From the IMG/VR virus record IMGVR_UViG_3300018080_006410: a DNA stretch of 64,000 nt. One strand, 5' to 3'. Under the pieces are notes generated by a model, which ran no database searches, was not told the DNA's origin, and saw only the letters and a list, made by a program, of their open reading frames with translations. The first letter of the stretch is position 1, and the number at the start of each line of letters is the position of its first letter. Below, one piece after another: positions 41,204-48,185 of the stretch. Made by a program: the position numbers and the translations under genes. Source of the DNA: an uncultured virus (IMG/VR IMGVR_UViG_3300018080_006410) (lineage: Duplodnaviria; Heunggongvirae; Uroviricota; Caudoviricetes).

Positions 41204-41277
41204 TGGAGGTCCCGGCAGGGCTCGAACCTGCGGCCACGCGGTCCGAGCCGCCCGCTCTACCTCTAAGCTACGGAACC
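41204..41277 (-). pseudogene. tRNA-like element with 6-nt anticodon loop (CTCGGA)
   Basis: Good acceptor, D and T arms; loop one nt short. Confidence 0.6.
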
Positions 41278-41307
41278 TCGATCACATCTCCTTCTGTTGA
41301 ACCTCGT

Positions 41308-41344
41308 CTCCACCCTACATTGCCGAACGAGCAAGGTTTTCCAC
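41308..41344 (-). promoter_or_regulatory. Class A promoter-like motif inside tRNA unit 1
   Basis: GTGGAAAACCTTGCTCGTTCGGCAATGTAGGGTGGAG. Confidence 0.65.
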
Positions 41345-41358
41345 TCGCTCCGAATTTC

Positions 41359-41434
41359 TGGTCGGCTCGGAGGGACTCGAACCCTCGGCGTTCCGCTTAA
41401 AAGGCGGATGCTCTACCAACTGAGCTACGAGCCG
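41359..41434 (-). tRNA. tRNA-Lys(TTT)
   Basis: Cloverleaf, loop CT-TTT-AA. Confidence 0.93.
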
Positions 41435-41438
41435 TTCT

Positions 41439-41515
41439 TGGCAGGCCCGCTCGGGGTCGAACCGAGAACCGCCGGTTTTGGAGACCGGTGCTCTAGCCGA
41501 TTGAGCTACGGACCT
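41439..41515 (-). tRNA. tRNA-Trp(CCA)
   Basis: Cloverleaf, loop CT-CCA-AA. Confidence 0.93.
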
Positions 41516-41526
41516 ATCATGAAACC

Positions 41527-41602
41527 TGGTGCGACAGACGGGGCTCGAACCCGTGGCCTCCTGCTTGGCAAGCAGGTGCTCTTCCGACTGAGCTACTGCC
41601 GC
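41527..41602 (-). tRNA. tRNA-Gly(GCC)
   Basis: Cloverleaf, loop TT-GCC-AA. Confidence 0.93.
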
Positions 41603-41637
41603 AAAGAAAAACCCCCGCGCCCTTTCGGGCCGGGGGT
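41603..41637 (-). terminator. Attenuator terminator 1
   Basis: ACCCCCGGCCC-GAAA-GGGCGCGGGGGT-TTTTCTTT directly 5' of tRNA-Gly. Confidence 0.85.
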
Positions 41638-41659
41638 CTCACAGCGCGCTCGCCACCGT

Positions 41660-41743
41660 CTACGCTTGAACTCCAAGCGAAAGACCCCCGTGGGCGGGCT
41701 TGCCGCCCCAGGTATTGTCTTTCGTTGTGGTTCCCGTCAGCAT
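41660..41743 (-). CDS. Leader peptide 1 (MLTGTTTKDNTWGGKPAHGGLSLGVQA)
   Basis: 27-aa ORF between promoter and terminator; Thr/Lys/Asn/Trp/Gly codons; contains antiterminator strand. Confidence 0.75.
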   Translation of the reverse strand: MLTGTTTKDNTWGGKPAHGGLSLGVQA

Positions 41744-41767
41744 GACGTAGTTGCCTTTCGTTGCCTT

Positions 41768-41796
41768 ATTATACGCCGCTCGCCCGAATTTGCCAA
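41768..41796 (-). promoter_or_regulatory. Sigma70-like promoter of tRNA unit 1
   Basis: TTGGCA-N17-TATAAT. Confidence 0.8.
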
Positions 41797-41858
41797 GCGA
41801 CCTCTCGGTTTTTCCGACGGGGATCGAGGCCGGCCCCGGCCTGCCCGCGCCCAGGAGA

Positions 41859-41932
41859 TGGCTGCCCCGCCTGGACTCGAACCAGAACCGAGTGCTCCAA
41901 AGACACTTGTGCTGCCATTACACCACGGGGCA
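41859..41932 (-). tRNA. tRNA-Gln(TTG)
   Basis: Cloverleaf, loop CT-TTG-GA. Confidence 0.92.
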
Positions 41933-41951
41933 ATCCATGGCCGGACGGGCC

Positions 41952-42839
41952 CTAACACCCTCTGATAAAGTCCCAAAGCCCCTCCCGGTCAACATCGGCC
42001 AAGACCCTGGTGTTCGTCCCCTCCTCGACCTTCGTCCCCCACCAGCCTCCCTCCCGGTACAACCTTCCGCCAACCCAGGTCCCGATCTCGGGATGCAGAT
42101 GGCACACGGCAGCGGTCGGGTCGTGGAACTTCTTCTCCCGGTGCCTCTTCCCGTAGAGATAGAGGTCCATGCCTTCCATGAACAGCTCCATCGCCCGGCA
42201 GGAAGGCTTCCTGCGCCTCATCCACTCGTGCCTCGCCCTGTCGTACAGGATCGTGTGACAGACGTTCTTGCCGACGAACCTCAGGTCCCCGACCTTCGCC
42301 CGCGACGCCAGGAACAAGCCCTCGTCCTTCGACCCGTTCAAGTTGAAGGTAGGCACGGCCACCTTGCCCTTGAACTTGGGAAGCCTCTCGACGTCATGGC
42401 CATGAAGGTCGTATCCCAGAAAGCCACCCTGCATCGTGACCCGCCCGAACTCCCTCTCCGGATGCTCGATCATGTAGCGGCCCACGTTCTTCACCGGCCC
42501 GCAGATGAAGACGTCGCTGTCCGGATGGTCCTCGAGAACCCCGCCCAGAAGCTCGTGGCCGAAGCCGTCGGGGTCCGCCTCGGTCGGATGTCCCATCTTC
42601 CTCAGGAGCGCCATGTGGAACGACGTCCCTCCGGTCTTGACGACGCTCGTCTCCTTCGCGATCCCGACAGGGACATCCAGGCCGACCTCCGCGCAGAAGG
42701 CCCTCGCGATGGCGACCTGGTACCGGTGTCCGGGAGAGACGAGGATCGCCCTGATCCTGACACCCGCGGCGTGCAGGTGGCACAGCGTGAAGTAGTCGTC
42801 GGGATCGTGCCCGATGTCGGTTTCCACTATCAGGTCCAT
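41952..42839 (-). CDS. Nucleoside hydrolase family protein
   Basis: N-terminal ETDIGHDPDD (DxDxxxDD-like), CGPVKN, MQGG, TFNL, FHDP. Confidence 0.75.
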   Translation of the reverse strand: MDLIVETDIGHDPDDYFTLCHLHAAGVRIRAILVSPGHRYQVAIARAFCAEVGLDVPVGIAKETSVVKTGGTSFHMALLRKMGHPTEADPDGFGHELLGGVLEDHPDSDVFICGPVKNVGRYMIEHPEREFGRVTMQGGFLGYDLHGHDVERLPKFKGKVAVPTFNLNGSKDEGLFLASRAKVGDLRFVGKNVCHTILYDRARHEWMRRRKPSCRAMELFMEGMDLYLYGKRHREKKFHDPTAAVCHLHPEIGTWVGGRLYREGGWWGTKVEEGTNTRVLADVDREGLWDFIRGC

Positions 42840-43019
42840 CAATCGTCTTCCTCCATCTTCCTGCCTGCGAAAAGGTCCGTAGGTGTAAGCGCCCAGAGCT
42901 ACGGAGGCCGAGTGTTGTTGACGCAGTTTCCTCACTTCCTATCCCTTTCGGGTCTCGTTACTGCGAGAGTTTTTTGTTTTTGCGGTCCAGTTTCTCCACG
43001 TCTGGACACATCCCGAGAC

Positions 43020-43096
43020 TGGTCGGGCGGGCCGGGCTCGAACCGGCGACCTCAGCGCCCCAAACGCCGCGCGCTTCCAAACTGCGCCACCGCCCG
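43020..43096 (-). tRNA. tRNA-Pro(TGG)
   Basis: Cloverleaf, loop TT-TGG-GG. Confidence 0.93.
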
Positions 43097-43101
43097 AAAA
43101 C

Positions 43102-43178
43102 TGGTCGGGATGAGAGGATTTGAACCTCCGGCTTCCTCGCCCCGAACGAGGCGCTCTACCAGACTGAGCCACATCCCG
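43102..43178 (-). tRNA. tRNA-Pro(CGG)
   Basis: Cloverleaf, loop TT-CGG-GG. Confidence 0.93.
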
Positions 43179-43347
43179 ATAAGATGTCGCGGCCGCCGCC
43201 AGACGGAACGGGCGTCGGCGAACGGCGGCTTCGGACGTCACCCCACCACCGATTTCCGACAGTGCCTTCTTCCGAGCAATACCCGGTTGGCGCCCATCTG
43301 ATGACTTTCCCTCGCCGGTACCGGCCATCATCGCAACAAAAAACTAG

Positions 43348-43419
43348 TTGGCCCGCTCGGGATTGAACCGAGGACCCCGCAATTATGAGTCGCATGCTCT
43401 ACCGCTGAGCTACGGGCCA
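43348..43419 (-). tRNA. tRNA-Met/Ile2(CAT)
   Basis: Cloverleaf, loop CT-CAT-AA; followed by CTA rather than CCA. Confidence 0.85.
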
Positions 43420-43427
43420 TCTAAAAC

Positions 43428-43502
43428 TGGTAGCCCCAGGGGGAATCGAACCCCCGTCTCCGGGATGAAAACCCGACGTCCTTGCCACTAGACGATGGGG
43501 CC
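43428..43502 (-). tRNA. tRNA-Glu(TTC)
   Basis: Cloverleaf, loop TT-TTC-AT. Confidence 0.92.
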
Positions 43503-43567
43503 AAGTGGGACGCTTGCCCATTCACGCTTCAGGCGACGGAGTCAAACCGCTCGTCACGTCCCGATAT

Positions 43568-43646
43568 TGGTGGCGGGGGTGGGAGTTGAACCCACATGCT
43601 CCAGGTTATGAGCCTGGCGTCTTACCAAATCGACATTCACCCCGCT
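43568..43646 (-). tRNA. tRNA-Met(CAT), initiator-like
   Basis: Loop CT-CAT-AA; 1:72 mismatch (A:C). Confidence 0.8.
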
Positions 43647-43656
43647 CTCAAGTCTA

Positions 43657-43733
43657 TGGTCGGGATGGCAGGAATCGAACCTGCGACCTTCCGGCCCCCA
43701 GCCGGACGCTCTACCAGACTGAGCCACATCCCG
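43657..43733 (-). tRNA. tRNA-Pro(GGG)
   Basis: Cloverleaf, loop CT-GGG-GG. Confidence 0.92.
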
Positions 43734-43845
43734 AGTTCGGGGGAGTTTGCCGCTCCCCCAGGACTGCCGTCTACCCGCTTCTGCGCGTCTTGGAACTCGG
43801 CAAAGCCCGCGACTTGCTTTCCGGCCATATTGCAGCCCTCAATCC

Positions 43846-43920
43846 TGGCATCCCCAGCCGGACTCGAACCGGCGTCACGAGGTTGAGGGCCTCGCATCCT
43901 GGCCGCTAGACGATGGGGAC
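43846..43920 (-). tRNA. tRNA-Glu(CTC)
   Basis: Cloverleaf, loop CC-CTC-AA. Confidence 0.9.
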
Positions 43921-43934
43921 ACATATTCAATTGT

Positions 43935-44011
43935 TGGTCGGCCCAGGAGGAATCGAACCTCCGACCTAACGGTTATCAGCCGTTCGCTCTTACCAACTGA
44001 GCTATGGGCCG
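43935..44011 (-). tRNA. tRNA-Ile(GAT)
   Basis: Cloverleaf, loop CT-GAT-AA. Confidence 0.93.
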
Positions 44012-44042
44012 ACATGTTGCTCTCGCCTCTCTCCTTGACTGA

Positions 44043-44119
44043 TGGTGGGCGGTGCGAGACTCGAACTCGCAACCTTCAGCATGTCGAGCTGACGTTCTAG
44101 CCATCTGAACTAACCGCCC
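44043..44119 (-). tRNA. tRNA-Val(GAC)
   Basis: Cloverleaf, loop TC-GAC-AT. Confidence 0.9.
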
Positions 44120-44121
44120 AT

Positions 44122-44198
44122 TGGCACGCCCGGAAGGATTCGAACCTTCGACCCGCGCATTAGAAGTGCGCTGCTCGTATCCCCTGAGCTACGGGCGC
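44122..44198 (-). tRNA. tRNA-Arg(TCT)
   Basis: Cloverleaf, loop CT-TCT-AA. Confidence 0.93.
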
Positions 44199-44206
44199 TC
44201 GATATC

Positions 44207-44280
44207 TGGCTGCCCGGCAAGGACTCGAACCCTGACCGACTGGGCCAGAACCAGCTGTGCTGCCATTACACCACCGGGCA
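44207..44280 (-). tRNA. tRNA-Gln(CTG)
   Basis: Cloverleaf, loop TT-CTG-GC. Confidence 0.92.
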
Positions 44281-44286
44281 TCGAAC

Positions 44287-44362
44287 TGGTGACCACGGAA
44301 GGACTCGAACCTTCGACCATCCGGGTGTGGACCGGACGCTCCTGCCGCTGAGCTACGTGGCC
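44287..44362 (-). tRNA. tRNA-Val(CAC)
   Basis: Cloverleaf, loop TC-CAC-AC. Confidence 0.88.
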
Positions 44363-44369
44363 GTGATAT

Positions 44370-44447
44370 TGGCGGTGACGAAGGGATTTGAACCCTCGTT
44401 CTCTGCCGTGACAGGACAGCGCTTTCGGCCAACTAAGCTACGCCACC
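44370..44447 (-). tRNA. tRNA-Asp(GTC)
   Basis: Cloverleaf, loop CT-GTC-AC, G73. Confidence 0.92.
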
Positions 44448-44456
44448 GCATGATCC

Positions 44457-44534
44457 TGGGCGCCCCGACGGGACTCGAACCCGCGGCCTCCCGGGCCACG
44501 ACCGGGCGCTCTTCCTGACCGAGCTCCGAGGCGC
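44457..44534 (-). tRNA. tRNA-His(GTG)
   Basis: Loop TC-GTG-GC, G-1:C73. Confidence 0.9.
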
Positions 44535-44545
44535 ATCTGAATTGT

Positions 44546-44623
44546 TGGTGGACCGACAGGGGATCGAACCCTGGACATCCTGATTGCAAGTCAGGTGCTC
44601 TTAGCCAACTGAGCTACCGGCCC
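44546..44623 (-). tRNA. tRNA-Ala(TGC)
   Basis: Loop CT-TGC-AA, G3:U70. Confidence 0.93.
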
Positions 44624-44659
44624 GTCCTGCTCGTGACTCGCCCTCCTTCTCTCGACTCC

Positions 44660-44699
44660 AAAGAAAAACCCCCGACGCCCTTTTCGGGGTGCCGGGGGT
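44660..44699 (-). terminator. Attenuator terminator 2
   Basis: ACCCCCGGCACCCC-GAAAA-GGGCGTCGGGGGT-TTTTCTTT upstream of tRNA-Ala. Confidence 0.85.
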
Positions 44700-44716
44700 C
44701 CTTGGACCTATCAGGG

Positions 44717-44797
44717 TCAGAACACAGCACCCCCGGCACCCGCGTTCGCGGGCTGCTCGATCGCTTCGTGTCTGGCCATCGGGTTCATTGAGTACAT
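44717..44797 (-). CDS. Leader peptide 2 (MYSMNPMARHEAIEQPANAGAGGAVF)
   Basis: 26-aa ORF with AAGGAG RBS between promoter and terminator; contains 13-nt antiterminator strand. Confidence 0.8.
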   Translation of the reverse strand: MYSMNPMARHEAIEQPANAGAGGAVF

Positions 44798-44812
44798 TGC
44801 TCCTTGCCTATT

Positions 44813-44842
44813 ATCATACGCCGTCAACGCCAGTCTTACCAG
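44813..44842 (-). promoter_or_regulatory. Sigma70-like promoter of tRNA unit 2
   Basis: CTGGTA-N18-TATGAT with GGCG extension. Confidence 0.65.
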
Positions 44843-44874
44843 CCCCCTCGGAGATTTTTCCGAGAACCGGCCCG

Positions 44875-45498
44875 TCAGCCCTCCAGCTCGACGTCCCAGT
44901 ACATGGCGCCGAGGAAGTCCTCCCACGACCTGGGAGGGTCCCTCAGGATGCCACGCCTGTTGACGACGGCCCAGTGCGGCTCCCTCGGCTCCCTCAGGAG
45001 CGTCAGGCCCGCCTCCCTGGGCGTCCGGCTGTCCTTCTTGTGGTTGCACCTCACGCACGAGAGAACCAGGTTCTCCCAGGTCGTGCCTCCACCCCTGGAC
45101 TTGGGGACCACGTGGTCGATGTTGAGCTTGGAGGCCGGCAGCTTCTTGCCGCAGTACTGACAGACGTTCCGGTCGCGGGCGAAGATCGCCTTCCGGCAGA
45201 GCTTGGCCCGACGACGCCAGAAGCGGACCTTCCGGACGAGCCGGATGACCTCCGGCGCCGGGAAGGCGAAGCTCCTGGAACGCACGAGGGGGCGCCCCGA
45301 CTCGGCCATCTCCGCGGCCCTGGCCGCGTCGGACCAGCTCTCGACCCACTCCTCGAAGCCGTAGAGGGAGTAGTCATTGTCGACGACGTCGGCCTTCCCC
45401 GCGCACACCTTGCACAGGGCCCCGACCACGTTCGTCACGTCCACCGGCCTCCACGAGCCGTCAAGCACCAGGACCCGCCTGTCAAGCACTCCCGTCAT
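44875..45498 (-). CDS. HNH endonuclease
   Basis: IFARDRNVCQYCG, IDHVVPKSRGG, WENLVLSCVRCNHKK. Confidence 0.92.
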   Translation of the reverse strand: MTGVLDRRVLVLDGSWRPVDVTNVVGALCKVCAGKADVVDNDYSLYGFEEWVESWSDAARAAEMAESGRPLVRSRSFAFPAPEVIRLVRKVRFWRRRAKLCRKAIFARDRNVCQYCGKKLPASKLNIDHVVPKSRGGGTTWENLVLSCVRCNHKKDSRTPREAGLTLLREPREPHWAVVNRRGILRDPPRSWEDFLGAMYWDVELEG

Positions 45499-45601
45499 CG
45501 CCCCGCTCCTTCTCGTAGTCGTCGATCGTCACCTCGCCTCAAGCCTCGCGGCGCACCTCCTGGCCTATTGTACACCGCCAGAGGCCCGTCTTCAAAGAGG
45601 A

Positions 45602-45678
45602 TGGTCCGTCTGGTAGGGATCGAACCTACAACCTGTCGCGTATGAGACGACCGCTCTAACCAACTGAGCTACAGACGG
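45602..45678 (-). tRNA. tRNA-Met/Ile2(CAT)
   Basis: Cloverleaf, loop CT-CAT-AC. Confidence 0.9.
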
Positions 45679-45685
45679 ATAATTC

Positions 45686-45761
45686 TGGAGGACCCGGCGG
45701 GACTCGAACCCGCGACCTTCGGCTTCGGAGACCGATGTTCTTCCAACTGAACTACAGGTCC
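45686..45761 (-). tRNA. tRNA-Arg(CCG)
   Basis: Cloverleaf, loop CT-CCG-AA. Confidence 0.92.
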
Positions 45762-45768
45762 TCAAAGT

Positions 45769-45846
45769 TGGCACGCCCGGCAGGATTCAAACCTGCGACT
45801 TCCCCGTCCGTAGCGGGGCGCTCTATTCAGACTGAGCTACGGGCGC
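45769..45846 (-). tRNA. tRNA-Arg(ACG)
   Basis: Cloverleaf, loop CT-ACG-GA. Confidence 0.9.
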
Positions 45847-45852
45847 TCATTA

Positions 45853-46518
45853 TCAAAACTTCCCAGGCTCCCACCAGGAGGCCGACTTCCGGCTTTCGTA
45901 AGACCTGTCCAGCTGGTGGCCCCTGCAAAAGTCCCTGGTTCCTCTCCAGAGGTGATGCACGTAGTCCTGGACCGGGAAGTCCACCAGCATCGACTCCATC
46001 CTCTTGACCCTCAGCTCGTACATCGGCGCCACCAGCGCAAGCCCGTGGTCCGTGAACGGCTCGAACCGCCGATAGTACCCGACATGGAAGAGGCACGTCG
46101 ACGAATGAAGGTACGAAACCTTCTCGCCTCCCACCGGCCTTTTCACCGGCGCGACCGGCCCTATCCCGTACCACCTGGTCTTCCGGCCCCCGACCTTCGC
46201 CAGGGCGTCCTCCAGCAAGTTCGGCTCGTACATCTCCGTATCGCTGTCCAGCATCAGCAGCACGTCGGCCTCCGTCGCCCACAGCGCCACGTTCATCCCC
46301 GGCCCATGGCCGATGTTGGACCCCACCCGGATAAGCCTCACCCGGTTCCTCTTCGCCCATTTCCTGACGTTCCTCGGAGCGACCCCCTCGGTGTTGTCCA
46401 CCACGAAGAAGTCGATGTCCGGATAGAACCTCCTCACCGACGCCACCGCCTTCCTCATCAGGCCGTAGGTGTGATAGACGACCATCGCCGCGGCCACCCG
46501 ACAGCCCTCGATCTTCAT
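45853..46518 (-). CDS. Glycosyltransferase family 2 protein
   Basis: FVVDN, NIGHGPGMN, LLMLDSD. Confidence 0.8.
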   Translation of the reverse strand: MKIEGCRVAAAMVVYHTYGLMRKAVASVRRFYPDIDFFVVDNTEGVAPRNVRKWAKRNRVRLIRVGSNIGHGPGMNVALWATEADVLLMLDSDTEMYEPNLLEDALAKVGGRKTRWYGIGPVAPVKRPVGGEKVSYLHSSTCLFHVGYYRRFEPFTDHGLALVAPMYELRVKRMESMLVDFPVQDYVHHLWRGTRDFCRGHQLDRSYESRKSASWWEPGKF

Positions 46519-46550
46519 CAGCAACCTCCTTTGGGTTGCCCTTAACATAC

Positions 46551-46641
46551 TGGCGGAGAGCCGGGGACTCCAACCCCGAAGCCCGGTTTCCCGGACCGAC
46601 GCCGTTTCCAACGGCGCTCCTCATGCAGCCGGATGCTCTCC
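46551..46641 (-). tRNA. tRNA-Ser(GGA)
   Basis: Loop TT-GGA-AA, long variable arm; atypical T loop TTGGAGT. Confidence 0.85.
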
Positions 46642-46649
46642 TCAAAGTC

Positions 46650-46819
46650 TGAAGCCGACGGGACTCGAACCCGCATCCCGGTGCGTCCTGCCCATTCCGC
46701 AGCCCGCGTGGCTGGCCATGTCACAGCCCTTTGGACTCGCAGGCGTCACCCGTCGCGCTTGCGCCTCGACGGGCTATGCGGCGCTCCGCTCCGGCCCTTG
46801 CCATTAGGTGGACGGCCTC
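46650..46819 (-). ncRNA. 170-nt tRNA-like RNA with Ala-type acceptor and ~100-nt insert replacing the anticodon loop
   Basis: GAGGCCG/CGGCTTC (G3:U70), A73, D arm CCT-AATGGCA-AGG, T arm GCGGG-TTCGAGT-CCCGT. Confidence 0.7.
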
Positions 46820-46827
46820 ATCGAAAA

Positions 46828-46903
46828 TGGAGACGGGGGAGGGACTCGAACCCTCATGAACGCGGGTTGCAACCGCGCGCCTAAACCTCTCAGCCACCCC
46901 GCC
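46828..46903 (-). tRNA. tRNA-Cys(GCA)
   Basis: Loop TT-GCA-AC, U73. Confidence 0.92.
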
Positions 46904-46941
46904 AAAAATCTCCTTTGCTACACTGCTACACTGCTACACCT

Positions 46942-47025
46942 TGGTGCCCGAGACAGGGATCGAACCTGCACGCCTTTCGACAGCCGAACTTAAACCGGCC
47001 GCGTCTGCCATTCCGCCACTCGGGC
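46942..47025 (-). tRNA. tRNA-Leu(TAA)
   Basis: Loop TT-TAA-GT, variable arm. Confidence 0.92.
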
Positions 47026-47030
47026 CAAAT

Positions 47031-47107
47031 TGGTGGTGAGAGTCGGAATCGAACCAACGACGCCTCGGGCTTCAACCGAGTGCTCTACCGGACTGAGCTA
47101 CCTCACC
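47031..47107 (-). tRNA. tRNA-Phe(GAA)
   Basis: Loop TT-GAA-GC. Confidence 0.93.
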
Positions 47108-47185
47108 GAAAGTCCCTTCCAGTTCTGGCCGGGCGTTTGGACCCGTCGGGCTGCCAAGCCCGAGCACCGGTCGGGACACAATCTT

Positions 47186-47276
47186 TGGCGGAGAGCCGGG
47201 GAATCGAACCCCGAAACCCCGTTTCCAGGGCCTACCGGTTTAGCAAACCGACTCCTCGTCCATCCGGACGCTCTCC
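47186..47276 (-). tRNA. tRNA-Ser(GCT)
   Basis: Loop TT-GCT-AA, long variable arm. Confidence 0.9.
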
Positions 47277-47281
47277 ACTAT

Positions 47282-47458
47282 TCAAATCTCCTCGTACTTC
47301 CCCCAGAAACCCATCGGGCACGACTCTTCTGCCAACGACGCCTTTCGTCTGACGTTGCACCTCTCCACCAAGCACACCATCGCCTTGGCGTCCATCTTAC
47401 GACACGGCTTGCACCAACGGTCAAGTCGCTCGCGTATCACCGAGTTTGGCGCCCTCAC
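47282..47458 (-). CDS. Small Cys-rich protein (58 aa) inside tRNA unit 3
   Basis: AGGAGG RBS, GTG start, WCKPC...VC..RC...SCPMGFW; below ORF-track size cut-off. Confidence 0.65.
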   Translation of the reverse strand: MRAPNSVIRERLDRWCKPCRKMDAKAMVCLVERCNVRRKASLAEESCPMGFWGKYEEI

Positions 47459-47474
47459 TCCTTCCTCCTATCAA

Positions 47475-47551
47475 TGGTGCAGTGGACGCGAATCGAACGC
47501 GCGACCTTCCGCTTGGAAGGCGGAAGCTCTACCTGGCTGAGCTACCACTGC
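47475..47551 (-). tRNA. tRNA-Gly(TCC)
   Basis: Loop CT-TCC-AA. Confidence 0.92.
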
Positions 47552-47560
47552 GTCTAAATC

Positions 47561-47646
47561 TGGTGCCCGAGGAGGGAGTCGAACCCTCACCGCCTTTCGG
47601 CACTGCGGTCTGAGCGCAGCGTGTCTGCCAATTCCACCACCCGGGC
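47561..47646 (-). tRNA. tRNA-Leu(CAG)
   Basis: Loop CT-CAG-AC, variable arm. Confidence 0.92.
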
Positions 47647-47744
47647 TTGTTGCCGGGTTCTCTCCACCCGGCGAAGTCACGCCTTTGCATACCCCACAAG
47701 ACGTTAATGGGTTGCACCGAGGTTTGAAGCCCCGGTCCACATCT

Positions 47745-47835
47745 TGGCGGAGAGCCGGAGACTCGAACTCCGAAGCCCCGTTCCCGGGACCTACGCGCTT
47801 TCGAAACGCGCTCCTCATCCGGCCGGATGCTCTCC
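47745..47835 (-). tRNA. tRNA-Ser(CGA)
   Basis: Loop TT-CGA-AA, long variable arm. Confidence 0.9.
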
Positions 47836-47843
47836 ATGATTCC

Positions 47844-47930
47844 TGGTGACCCCGGGGAGACTCGAACTCCCACGCCCTCTCGGGCCCCCGGCCCTCAACC
47901 GGGGCCGTATGCCAATTCCGGCACGGGACC
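47844..47930 (-). tRNA. tRNA-Leu(GAG)
   Basis: Loop TT-GAG-GG, variable arm. Confidence 0.92.
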
Positions 47931-47943
47931 ACTGTTCAGTTGT

Positions 47944-48029
47944 TGGTGCGCCGAGATGGAGTCGAACCATCAAAGCCCGAAGGCGCCGATTTTACAGACC
48001 GGGGAGCTCGCCAAATGCTCAGCCGACGC
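47944..48029 (-). tRNA. tRNA-Tyr(GTA)
   Basis: Loop CT-GTA-AA, variable arm. Confidence 0.9.
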
Positions 48030-48091
48030 ATCTCGTCGTCGATCATCTCCTTCTCTCGATCCCGGACTCGCTATCTCGTTCCATTTGTTGC

Positions 48092-48176
48092 TGGTAGCCC
48101 AGGGGAGAGTCGAACTCCCATCCCCGAAGGGACCCGATTTTGAATCGGGCGCGTATGCCAATTCCGCCACTGGGCC
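48092..48176 (-). tRNA. tRNA-Leu(CAA)
   Basis: Loop TT-CAA-AA, variable arm. Confidence 0.92.
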
Positions 48177-48185
48177 TTTCAATCC

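Noticed and set aside
46650..46819. Canonical tmRNA or group I intron-containing tRNA
   Set aside because: Too short, has a D stem, no tag ORF ending in Ala-Ala, no recognisable intron core
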